Part shown: piece after piece, positions 10,166 through 18,640 of the stretch
Layout of the letters: each line of letters opens with the position of its first letter
How positions within the stretch are numbered: position 1 is the stretch's first letter
NCBI GenBank assembly: GCA_965248695.1
Contig: CBDFKD010000002.1
Coordinates: 1,312,001-1,376,000, forward strand
Length of the DNA stretch: 64,000 nucleotides
Reading direction: 5' to 3'
Source: Acidobacteriota bacterium
GTDB lineage: Bacteria > Acidobacteriota > UBA890 > WLXD01
The notes under the pieces: model-generated
Databases searched by the model: none
The model's input: the letters and a program-made list of their open reading frames with translations, nothing else
What the model was told of the DNA's origin: nothing
Position numbers and translations under genes: made by a program

Positions 10166-10408
10166 CAAGCACCACTCGACTGGGACTCTTGGGGCGACTC
10201 GCAGCGATCGCCGCGGTCGAGCCCGCATGATACGGCGCAACCGCGCGCCTGTCTTCCTCGGAGCATCGTCTCGCCGGTCTCCGCGGATCTCCTCTGCTCG
10301 TTCCAAACTCGGCCTCACGACTGCCTCAAAACGCCCCGCACGTCCCCTGCTAAGCTCTCCTGAACAAAGCCAATCGACCCTTCGCTTCCTACCTCGGAGC
10401 CATGCACC

Positions 10409-13102
10409 ATGCACCGACGCACCCTGTCGTTGACGTTTCTGACCCTCACGATTGCGGGCATCCTGCTGTTCGCCCCGCCGGTGGGGGCCGCCGCTGCACA
10501 GCAAGCGGAAGTGCATGGTCGCGTGGTCAACGGCTTCACCCAGGAAGCGCTCGAGATTGCCACTATCGAGATCGTCGAGACGGGAGCGTCGGTCGACACC
10601 GTCGCTGACGGTCGCTACCGCCACTCGCTGCCGCCCGGCGTGTACACCCTTCGCGTGAGCCGTGACGGCTTCGTCGCCATCGAGCGCAGCTTCGTGCTCG
10701 AGGCGGGACAGAGCGTCAGCATCGACGTGGTGATGTTCCCCGAGACCCCGTCGATCGGCGAGGAAGTCGTGGTCATCGGATCTCGCGGCGAGCGTACCGT
10801 GCTGGAGACACCGGTACCGGTAGACGTGCTCGACGCCGCCGAGCTGGAACGCACCGGGCAGTCCGAAACCAGCCGCATGATCCAGTTCCTGGCCCCATCG
10901 TTCAACTTCTCCACCTCGACGATCAGCGACGGCACCGACATCGTGCGTCCGTCGACGCTGCGCGGACTGGGGCCGGATCAGACACTGGTGCTGGTGAACG
11001 GCAAGCGCCGCCACATGAGCGCACTGGTGCACGTGAACGGCTCGGTCGGTCGCGGCTCGGCGGGGGTCGACCTCAACGCCATTCCGGCGGCGGCCATCGA
11101 ACGCGTGGAGATTCTGCGCGACGGAGCCGCGGCGCAGTACGGATCGGACGCGATCGCCGGGGTGATAAACATCGTCCTCAAGGAGCGCCCTGGGGGCACG
11201 CAGGTGAAGCTGAACCTCGGGCAGATGTACCGCAGCGACGGTGAGCTGGTGCAGGCCTCGGTGAACCATGGACTGATGCTCGGGAGTCGCGGCTTCCTGA
11301 ACCTGACCGCCGATTACCGCAACCGCGGAAACACCAACCGCGCCGGACTCGACCAGCGGTCGCAGTACCTGCCACTCGCGGGCGGCGGCATCGATCCCCG
11401 CGAGGCGGGTTTTGACCGCCTCAACCATCGGTACGGCGACGCCGACTCGGAGAACTTGACCCTGTGGGCCAACGCTGAAGCAGGTGTCGGCGACACGGGC
11501 ACGCTCTACTTCTTCGGTGGGTACTCAGGGCGCAACGGAGAGTCGGCGGGCTTCTATCGGCGCGCGCTGGATGCACGTACGCGGCCGGAGATCCATCCCG
11601 ACGGGTTCCTGCCGCGGATCAACACCGAGGTTGACGATCTATCGGCGTCGGTGGGCTACCGACAGCTGCTCGGCGGCTGGAGCGTCGATACCAGCCTCAC
11701 CAGCGGCTCCAACTCCTTCGAGTTCATCATCAACAACTCCAACAATGTCTCGATGGGACCGTCCAGCCCCACGTCGGCACGCGCCGGAACGCTCAACTTC
11801 CGCCAGACGACGTTCAACTTCGACGCCTTCACCAACGTCGACTGGGGCCTGGCACACCCGGTGCAGCTCGCCGTCGGCGCCGAGGTACGACGCGACAACT
11901 ACCAGATCGAGGCCGGCGAGACAGCGTCGTGGGTCGACGGAGGCTTCCCGAACCAGTTCGCCAGCCAGGCGGCGCCGGGAATCCAGGTGTTTCCGGGCTT
12001 CCGACCCGGCAACGAGGTCGACGAGTCGCGCACCAACGTCGGTGCCTACGTCGACCTCGAGACCCAGCTGACCGACGACCTACTGCTCGCCACCGCGGTG
12101 CGGTACGAGGACTACAGCGACTTCGGCTCCTTCCTCAGCGGCAAGGTTGCGGCACGCTGGGCCCTGTCGGAGGAATTCGCTCTACGCGCCTCCGTCAACA
12201 GCGGCTTTCGCGCCCCGTCGCTGCATCAGGCCTACTTCAACAACACCAGCACCCAGTTCGTGTTCAGCGACGCCACCGATGAGCTGCTGCCGTTCGAGGT
12301 CGGCACCTTCGCCAACGGCAGCCAGGTGACCAACGCCTTCGGTGTGCCGTCGCTGCGCGAGGAAACGGCGCGCAACGTCAGCCTCGGGTTCGTCGCCCGA
12401 CCGGCGTCGAACTGGTCGCTCACCGGCGACGTGTTCTTCATCGGCATCGAGGATCGCATCGTCGTTTCGGGACAGTTCCAGGCCGAGCGCGATGCCGACG
12501 GAGAGATTCGCGCCATCCTTCAGCCCTTCGGCGTCAACGCGGCGCAGTTCTTCAGCAACGCCATCGACACCGAGACCGTCGGCGGCGACCTGGTGCTCGC
12601 CTGGTTCGACCAGATCGACCGCGACGGCAGCCTCCACGTGACCGCGGCGGCGAACTGGAACCGAACGCGCGTGGTCGGCGACGTACGTACCCCGTCGGCG
12701 CTCACCGGACTCGGTGGCACGCTGTTCAACCGCATCGAGCGCGAGCGCATCGAGAGCGCCCAGCCACGCAATCACTACCAGGTCTCGGCGCGCTACACGC
12801 GTCCGGAGATCACCGCCTTGGTGCGCGCCAACCGCTTCGGCTCGGTGAAAACCGTCGAGAGCGCCGGCAACCCGGCCCTCGACCAGGTGTTCGCCGCCAA
12901 GTGGCTGGTCGACCTGGAGCTCACCCACCCGCTGCGTCCGGGGCTCAACGTGTCCGTCGGCGCCAACAACATCTTCCACGCCTTCCCGGACGAGAACCGC
13001 CAGGAGATCTCGTTCGGCGGCATCTTCGTGTACCCACGCCGCACGGCGCCGTTTGGCTTCAACGGTGGCTTCTACTACACGCGGCTAACGTACGATTTCT
13101 GA
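10409..13102 (+). CDS. TonB-dependent receptor
   Basis: Signal peptide, plug motif LNAIPAAAIERVEILRDGAAAQYGSDAIAGVINI, C-terminal YTRLTYDF. Confidence 0.95.
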   Translation: MHRRTLSLTFLTLTIAGILLFAPPVGAAAAQQAEVHGRVVNGFTQEALEIATIEIVETGASVDTVADGRYRHSLPPGVYTLRVSRDGFVAIERSFVLEAGQSVSIDVVMFPETPSIGEEVVVIGSRGERTVLETPVPVDVLDAAELERTGQSETSRMIQFLAPSFNFSTSTISDGTDIVRPSTLRGLGPDQTLVLVNGKRRHMSALVHVNGSVGRGSAGVDLNAIPAAAIERVEILRDGAAAQYGSDAIAGVINIVLKERPGGTQVKLNLGQMYRSDGELVQASVNHGLMLGSRGFLNLTADYRNRGNTNRAGLDQRSQYLPLAGGGIDPREAGFDRLNHRYGDADSENLTLWANAEAGVGDTGTLYFFGGYSGRNGESAGFYRRALDARTRPEIHPDGFLPRINTEVDDLSASVGYRQLLGGWSVDTSLTSGSNSFEFIINNSNNVSMGPSSPTSARAGTLNFRQTTFNFDAFTNVDWGLAHPVQLAVGAEVRRDNYQIEAGETASWVDGGFPNQFASQAAPGIQVFPGFRPGNEVDESRTNVGAYVDLETQLTDDLLLATAVRYEDYSDFGSFLSGKVAARWALSEEFALRASVNSGFRAPSLHQAYFNNTSTQFVFSDATDELLPFEVGTFANGSQVTNAFGVPSLREETARNVSLGFVARPASNWSLTGDVFFIGIEDRIVVSGQFQAERDADGEIRAILQPFGVNAAQFFSNAIDTETVGGDLVLAWFDQIDRDGSLHVTAAANWNRTRVVGDVRTPSALTGLGGTLFNRIERERIESAQPRNHYQVSARYTRPEITALVRANRFGSVKTVESAGNPALDQVFAAKWLVDLELTHPLRPGLNVSVGANNIFHAFPDENRQEISFGGIFVYPRRTAPFGFNGGFYYTRLTYDF

Positions 13103-13135
13103 ATCCATCGGCACGGGTCAAGCACCGGAGTAACG

Positions 13136-14437
13136 ATGATCGAGCCGCGCAGGAGTACTCTGCCTCGCCAGGCGGGCGCGTTCTATTTCTTGGGTATGTC
13201 GTTGGCGGCGGCCGGTTTCTGGTTGGCTGCATCGACCGGAGCGTTGGCACAGACCCAGCTCACCGGTCAGACCACCGGCGGTGCCTACTACAACATCATG
13301 GTGCCCGACGGTTGGACCCCGTCCGCTGGGCTCGTGATCTGGAACCACGGATTCTCGCTGTCCCCGATAGCGCCTGACCCCGATCTGGGCCCGCTGCTGC
13401 AGGAACAACTGGACAACGGTTTCGCGGTCGCGGCGAGCTCACTGCGGCAAACCGGCTGGAGCCTCTTCCTTTCCGCCAAGGACATCAAGGCACTCGTCAA
13501 AGTGTTCCGCGCCAAAGTGGGTAAGCCGAAGAAGATCTTCATCACCGGTGAGTCGCTCGGCGGCATTGTCACAGCACGGGCGATCGAAGCGCGGGGCCTC
13601 GGAAACGTCGTGGGTGCCATGCCGATCTGTGGCGCAGTCGCTGGAAGCCGAGTCTGGGACGGCGGGGTCGATCTGCGCCTGCTATACGACTTCCTCTGCC
13701 AGGATGTGCCCGGCGCGGCGATCCCGGGCGGCGCCAGAGGGCTCCCCGACGAATCGAACTTCAGCGGCCAGGCGCTGGCGCTGGCGGTCAACGCTTGCAC
13801 CGGCAATCTCCTTCCACCGGCCAACCGCACACAACAGCAGCAGGCGCGGCTGGATCAGTTCCTCGAGACGACGCAGATTCCTGAGAGCTTTCTGTTGAAC
13901 GACATGGGCTTCGTCACGTTCGGAATGACGGACCTGTTCTACGACCCCCGCAAGATGGCTGGCAAGCTCGGGTACGAGAACGCCAACGTCGACTACGGCG
14001 ACCCCGCGATCAATGCGGGAATCGAGCGTGTGCAGGGGAGCAAGGGCGCACAGCGCAAGCTAACCAAGAACTACACGCCGACCGGCAAGATCGGCAAGAC
14101 CAAGATCGTCGCATTGCACACCGACAAAGACGGGTTCATGTTCGTCGAGAACGAGAGCGAATACGCCAGCAAGGTCCCGGCCGACCAGTTCACCGTCGCC
14201 GTGGTGCAGGAGCAACTCCCGTCGCATTGCGGATTCAACGATGCCGAGGTGCTGGCGCGCTGGCGTAGCCTGGTGGAGTGGGTCGACGGTGGTGATCAGC
14301 CGACGGCAACCAGCATTCAGGACCGGTGCCAAGCGATCCAATCGGACGGGTCGGCGCAGGGTCCGTGTCGAATCAACCCCGGCTTCGTAATCCCCGACCT
14401 AGACGAGCGCATCCGCCCGCGCGATCCGTCGGACTAG
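13136..14437 (+). CDS. Secreted alpha/beta-hydrolase
   Basis: NHGF oxyanion motif, GESLGG nucleophile, C-terminal D and HCGF; 33 bp after the receptor. Confidence 0.7.
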   Translation: MIEPRRSTLPRQAGAFYFLGMSLAAAGFWLAASTGALAQTQLTGQTTGGAYYNIMVPDGWTPSAGLVIWNHGFSLSPIAPDPDLGPLLQEQLDNGFAVAASSLRQTGWSLFLSAKDIKALVKVFRAKVGKPKKIFITGESLGGIVTARAIEARGLGNVVGAMPICGAVAGSRVWDGGVDLRLLYDFLCQDVPGAAIPGGARGLPDESNFSGQALALAVNACTGNLLPPANRTQQQQARLDQFLETTQIPESFLLNDMGFVTFGMTDLFYDPRKMAGKLGYENANVDYGDPAINAGIERVQGSKGAQRKLTKNYTPTGKIGKTKIVALHTDKDGFMFVENESEYASKVPADQFTVAVVQEQLPSHCGFNDAEVLARWRSLVEWVDGGDQPTATSIQDRCQAIQSDGSAQGPCRINPGFVIPDLDERIRPRDPSD

Positions 14438-14502
14438 AGCGACGCCACGTACGCGTCTCCACCACACGAACGGTACGTCCAGGCGCTCCGAACACCCGGC
14501 CC

Positions 14503-15327
14503 CTACGCCAGCAACCCCTCGTGACGCCCCAGGAAGCCGAGCACGAACGTCGCGATGACGCCGATCCACACCGCCACGTAGACCGGTACGAAGTGGTAGC
14601 GACGTTGCAGCCACTCGGGATGCGAGATCGGCATGCCGGCGAACTTGCCGCGCGGCTTGCTGGGGAAGAAAAACGTCTTGTAGGTCTCGGTGGTGGCAAT
14701 GGTGTAGCCCAGGGCGCAGCTGGCGATCAGCAGGTAGTTGTCGGTGAAGTGGGCCAGGAGGAAGGCCCACGCGGCAGCCAGCAGCGGGCTGCGGAAGAAC
14801 TTGAGGGTCTCGAAGCCCTCCTTAGGGGCGTCCTTCCAGGCGCCACCGAAGGCGGAGATCCAGCCGCCCGCGGCGCCGATGCTGGCCACCACCAGCAGCG
14901 GATTCAGATCCGGGCCAGTCTGCTGAAAGCTCCAGATCGAGTAGGCAATGAAGATGCAGGTGGCGGCGTAGACCACCGCAACGCACAGCTGGATGGCACG
15001 GTTCTCCACCACCTTGCCGAGGACGGCGAACTGCATGGGGATGAAGTACTTCGACTGGTCCTCGACGCGCAGGAACGTTTTCCAGAACTCCAACAGCGCG
15101 CGCTCGCCGACGTAGGTGGCGCCGAAGAACACCGCGATGTTGGAGGCCAGCGTCAGGTCGAGCTGCAGCACACGGTTCAGCAGCAGCGCCGCGAGCACGC
15201 CAATCACGGTGCTGCGCAGGTACTTGGGCCAGGTGAAGCCCTCGTGGGGGGCGTCCTTGTACATCCCCCAGGTGGATGTGTGGACCCCGGAGGCAAGCCC
15301 GATCAGCACAGCGTAGAGGTCGTTCAT
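14503..15327 (-). CDS. Membrane protein of unknown function with internal duplication
   Basis: GMYKDAPHEGF..KYLRS and GAWKDAPKEGF..KFFRS; many TM helices. Confidence 0.8.
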   Translation of the reverse strand: MNDLYAVLIGLASGVHTSTWGMYKDAPHEGFTWPKYLRSTVIGVLAALLLNRVLQLDLTLASNIAVFFGATYVGERALLEFWKTFLRVEDQSKYFIPMQFAVLGKVVENRAIQLCVAVVYAATCIFIAYSIWSFQQTGPDLNPLLVVASIGAAGGWISAFGGAWKDAPKEGFETLKFFRSPLLAAAWAFLLAHFTDNYLLIASCALGYTIATTETYKTFFFPSKPRGKFAGMPISHPEWLQRRYHFVPVYVAVWIGVIATFVLGFLGRHEGLLA

Positions 15328-15390
15328 GGTGTGAATCCTAGCGGCCCGGTCTGACGGCCCATTCTAGCGGCTCAGTTTGGCGGCCCCGTC

Positions 15391-16389
15391 CTAGCGGCCG
15401 ATGGTCTCGTACGCCTGTTCGATGAGCTCGAGATCGCGCTGCGCAGCGTCGAGATCGAAAGCCGGTGGCTCGCCGGTGCGTATGGCGTTGAGGAAATCCT
15501 CGAACATGGCGCGGTAGCCGGAGATGTCGCGAATCCCCGGAAACAGAACTCGCCGACGTCGCCCCCGAACAACCACGAACAGCCCGTTGGACTCGAAGCT
15601 GATGCTGCCCTCACGGCCCCAGATGCGCGAGATGCGCAGGCCCTTGAACAGCGACGGGACCTCCCAGGAGTACAACAATGCGCCGGCCGGTCCGTCGTAA
15701 TCGAGCGTCAGCATTATGCTCCGTTCGAGGCCTACATGCTCGCCCGGACGGCTGCCACGCACGGCGCGCAGCGGCAGACCCAGATTGGCGGCGAAGTTGA
15801 CCCAGTGGATGCCGCCCTCGAACAGCGCTCCACCTCCGACCAGCGCCGGGTCGTTGCGCCAGCCATCGGTTTGCTGGGTCTTGAGGGCGTTGAGCAGCAC
15901 GAACAGCGGCTCGCCGATATCGCCTTCGGCGAGCACCTCTCGAAGGCACGCCAGCAACGGCTTGTAGAAGTAGTTCTCCGCCACGATTACCTGCCGATCG
16001 GCTAGCCGCGCCGCGTTGCGAACGGCGTAGAAATCGGTGCTGCGCAAGAACGGCGGCTTCTCGACGATGACGTGCTTGCCGGCCTCCAGCGCCGCCAGGG
16101 CGAGCTCGAGGTGAGAGCTGGGGGGCGTGGCCACCAGCACAACGTCGATCGCGTCGTCATCGAGTGCGGCCGCGTAGGTATCGTAGGCGCCTGAACCTCC
16201 CATCGCGCGGCATAACTCGGCACTGCGGCCGGCACTGCGGCTGGCGTAGAAGCACTCCACCCCACCGATGCTCTTGAACGTCGCGGCGTGTTTGCGCGCC
16301 ACGTCACCGGAGCCCAGAAAAGCCAGCTTCAGGGTGTTGGGAGCGGGCACTAGCAGGCCGTGGTGGAAAGTGGGGGCTACGACGAGCAT
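15391..16389 (-). CDS. Gfo/Idh/MocA oxidoreductase (start ATG 16389 or GTG 16350)
   Basis: FLGSGDVA, GKHVIVEKP, GGGALFEGGIHW. Confidence 0.9.
   Translation of the reverse strand: MLVVAPTFHHGLLVPAPNTLKLAFLGSGDVARKHAATFKSIGGVECFYASRSAGRSAELCRAMGGSGAYDTYAAALDDDAIDVVLVATPPSSHLELALAALEAGKHVIVEKPPFLRSTDFYAVRNAARLADRQVIVAENYFYKPLLACLREVLAEGDIGEPLFVLLNALKTQQTDGWRNDPALVGGGALFEGGIHWVNFAANLGLPLRAVRGSRPGEHVGLERSIMLTLDYDGPAGALLYSWEVPSLFKGLRISRIWGREGSISFESNGLFVVVRGRRRRVLFPGIRDISGYRAMFEDFLNAIRTGEPPAFDLDAAQRDLELIEQAYETIGR
16350..16372. repeat. Solo terminus of the CTAG MITE
   Basis: CTAGCAGGCCGTGGTGGAAAGTG. Confidence 0.75.
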
Positions 16390-17984
16390 CAGAGGTCGCC
16401 GAGGAGATCCTCGCCTACTCTGAGTGCGTTAGCAGCGATGGTCAAGCTGGGATTGAGGCCGCCACCGGCGGGGATGACGCTGGCATCGACGACCCGCAGA
16501 TTGTCGACGCCGCGGAAGCGACAGTAGGCATCGAGCGCAGAGGTCGCCGGGTCGTTTCCCATGCGCACGGTACCGGCCGCATGGGAGAACGTATGGATGT
16601 AGTGCGAGTACGTCCACACGGCTCCCGCCTCGCGCAGAATGCGGCGCGACTGCCCCAGCAGCGCATCGCGCGCCGCCAGGTCGCGCTCGGTATACGCGTG
16701 TTTGATCACCGCTCTCGGCAGACCGAAGCGATCTTCGCGCGCCGAATCGATACGGACCCGGTTCTCGGCTCGCGGCTCGTCCTCGGCCATTACCAGCAGG
16801 CCGGTGGTGCGCGGAATCAACAGCGCACCGACCACCGCACCCACACCGGCAGGAAGGTGCGCCTTCACCAGGCCGACCGGCGGCGATTGCAACTGCTGGA
16901 TGCCACCGAGCTTGCCACGAGGTCCACCAGCAACCGGATGACCGAAGTAGAAGTCGTGGATGCCCAGCTGCTTATGGAACTGGTTTCTGGGATTCACGGG
17001 GCGGCGAAACAGACCGAACTCGATGGCATTGGAGTGTCGGGTCAGGAACCTGCCGATCACTCCCCTACCTGGGTTGACCGCCTCCAAACCGGAGGCAAGG
17101 AGCAGCAAAGGTGTCGCCAGCGCTCCCGCCGCGAGGACTATCTGTCGGCCGCTGAACTCGAGCGCCTCGCCGGTAGTCCGGTCAACGCACTGCACCCTGC
17201 CGATGCGCGCGCCGTCGCGCACCAGTCTTGTGACCACCACGCCTGGGCGCAGTTCCATTCCGGCATCGAGTAGCGGCGGAAGAACGCGTGTCGCGACGTC
17301 GTTCTTGGCCCCAATGGCACAGGCGAAGGAGTCGCAGGTGGTACAGGCGACACAGGCAGCGCGCTCGTCGGTGGCCGAGTAGTTGATCGCCAGCGGCAGT
17401 CGGAAGGGATGCATGCCGAGACGCTCGGCGGCGGCGCCGATCATCCGTGATGTGTCTGAGAGAGGGCCGAGGGCGGCCGGATAGCCACTCGAGCGCGGCG
17501 GGTCGGTCGGATCCTGGCCGGCGACACCGGCAACACCGAGGAGTCGCTCGGCGGCGGAGTAATACGGCTCGATCTCGTCGTAGCGATACGGCCACTCGGC
17601 GTCCGAGTCGCCGCGGATCTCCGGCGCCGGTACGAAGTCCTCGGCCCGCAACCGCATCGAGACCGCCCCGTAGAACACCGACGGACCACCGACGCAATAG
17701 TAGCCACCGATCTCGGCGGCCTTGGTGCGTCCGGTCACCAGCCGGTCGAGCAATGACGCCGTGGTGTCACTTCCCGGTGCCACCTCGTACGGCGTTTCCT
17801 TCGAGTAGTACGGCGTCAGATCGAGCGACCCGTCCGGCTCCCAGTTGTGCGGGCCGCGAGCTACCCAGTCGCCGCGCTCGAGCATCAGCACGCGTTTGCC
17901 AGCCCGCACCAGCGGGTCAGCGGTGCAGGCGCCGCCAAAGCCGCTGCCGATGATGATGACGTCGTACTCAGGGCGTCCGTTCAT
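16389..17984 (-). CDS. GMC-family FAD oxidoreductase
   Basis: IIGSGFGG FAD motif, CVACTTCDSFAC cluster, HAAGTVRMG, NPSLTIAANALR. Confidence 0.92.
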   Translation of the reverse strand: MNGRPEYDVIIIGSGFGGACTADPLVRAGKRVLMLERGDWVARGPHNWEPDGSLDLTPYYSKETPYEVAPGSDTTASLLDRLVTGRTKAAEIGGYYCVGGPSVFYGAVSMRLRAEDFVPAPEIRGDSDAEWPYRYDEIEPYYSAAERLLGVAGVAGQDPTDPPRSSGYPAALGPLSDTSRMIGAAAERLGMHPFRLPLAINYSATDERAACVACTTCDSFACAIGAKNDVATRVLPPLLDAGMELRPGVVVTRLVRDGARIGRVQCVDRTTGEALEFSGRQIVLAAGALATPLLLLASGLEAVNPGRGVIGRFLTRHSNAIEFGLFRRPVNPRNQFHKQLGIHDFYFGHPVAGGPRGKLGGIQQLQSPPVGLVKAHLPAGVGAVVGALLIPRTTGLLVMAEDEPRAENRVRIDSAREDRFGLPRAVIKHAYTERDLAARDALLGQSRRILREAGAVWTYSHYIHTFSHAAGTVRMGNDPATSALDAYCRFRGVDNLRVVDASVIPAGGGLNPSLTIAANALRVGEDLLGDL

Positions 17985-18055
17985 TAGCTTCGGTGCCGTG
18001 CCCCGGAGATGAGAGGGAGTCAGCAGGGTGCCACGACTTGCGCTGCGTCGTGAAA

Positions 18056-18075
18056 ATGAGACATAGTTGTCTCAT
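18056..18075. promoter_or_regulatory. TetR operator candidate
   Basis: ATGAGACA-TAGT-TGTCTCAT, perfect 8-bp arms overlapping the TetR start codon. Confidence 0.75.
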
Positions 18076-18640
18076 GCGAGACAAAGAACGTCGGACACGA
18101 TCGCAGCTACTCGACGCTGCCGCCGCCGTGCTGGCGGCGCGCCCCGGGGCATCGATGGCGGAGATCGCCGAACAGGCGCGCGTCGGCCGCGCCACGCTAT
18201 ACCGCTACTTCGCTTCCCGCGATGCGCTCATACGTGCTTTGGCGCTGGAGTCGATGGCCGAGATCGATCGTGTAACCGCTCCAATCGGCGAGCAGTCCAC
18301 CAGCGCACGGCACGCGTTGCAGCTGATATTCGACGCGATCGTACCCATAGGCGAGCGCTACCACTTCCTGATGAGCCAGCCCTACGACGAGGCATCCGAG
18401 GTCGAGCGCGAATACGACCGCCAAGCGGCAGAGCTCGGCGAGCTCATCGAGATGGCCAAGGACGAGGGATCCATCGCGCGAGAGGTGCCCACCGCCTGGG
18501 TCGCGGCCCTGTTCGATGCGCTCATCTATACCGCCTGGTTCACCGTTCACGAGGGCAGCATCGCGTCACGCGACGCTGCTGCCCTTGCCTTCCGAAGCCT
18601 CTTGGATGGTCTGTCCCCCGACAAAGGAACGTCGTCATGA
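18074..18640 (+). CDS. TetR/AcrR-family regulator
   Basis: ASMAEIAEQARVGRATLYRYFASRDAL HTH. Confidence 0.92.
   Translation: MRDKERRTRSQLLDAAAAVLAARPGASMAEIAEQARVGRATLYRYFASRDALIRALALESMAEIDRVTAPIGEQSTSARHALQLIFDAIVPIGERYHFLMSQPYDEASEVEREYDRQAAELGELIEMAKDEGSIAREVPTAWVAALFDALIYTAWFTVHEGSIASRDAAALAFRSLLDGLSPDKGTSS

Noticed and set aside
10166-11428. 805-aa ORF extension upstream of the PD40 protein
   Set aside because: Antisense shadow of the TonB receptor; a signal peptide starts at 10165
18067-18636. N-terminal extension of the 929-aa ORF
   Set aside because: Alternative frame over tetR; the real start with signal peptide is at 18637
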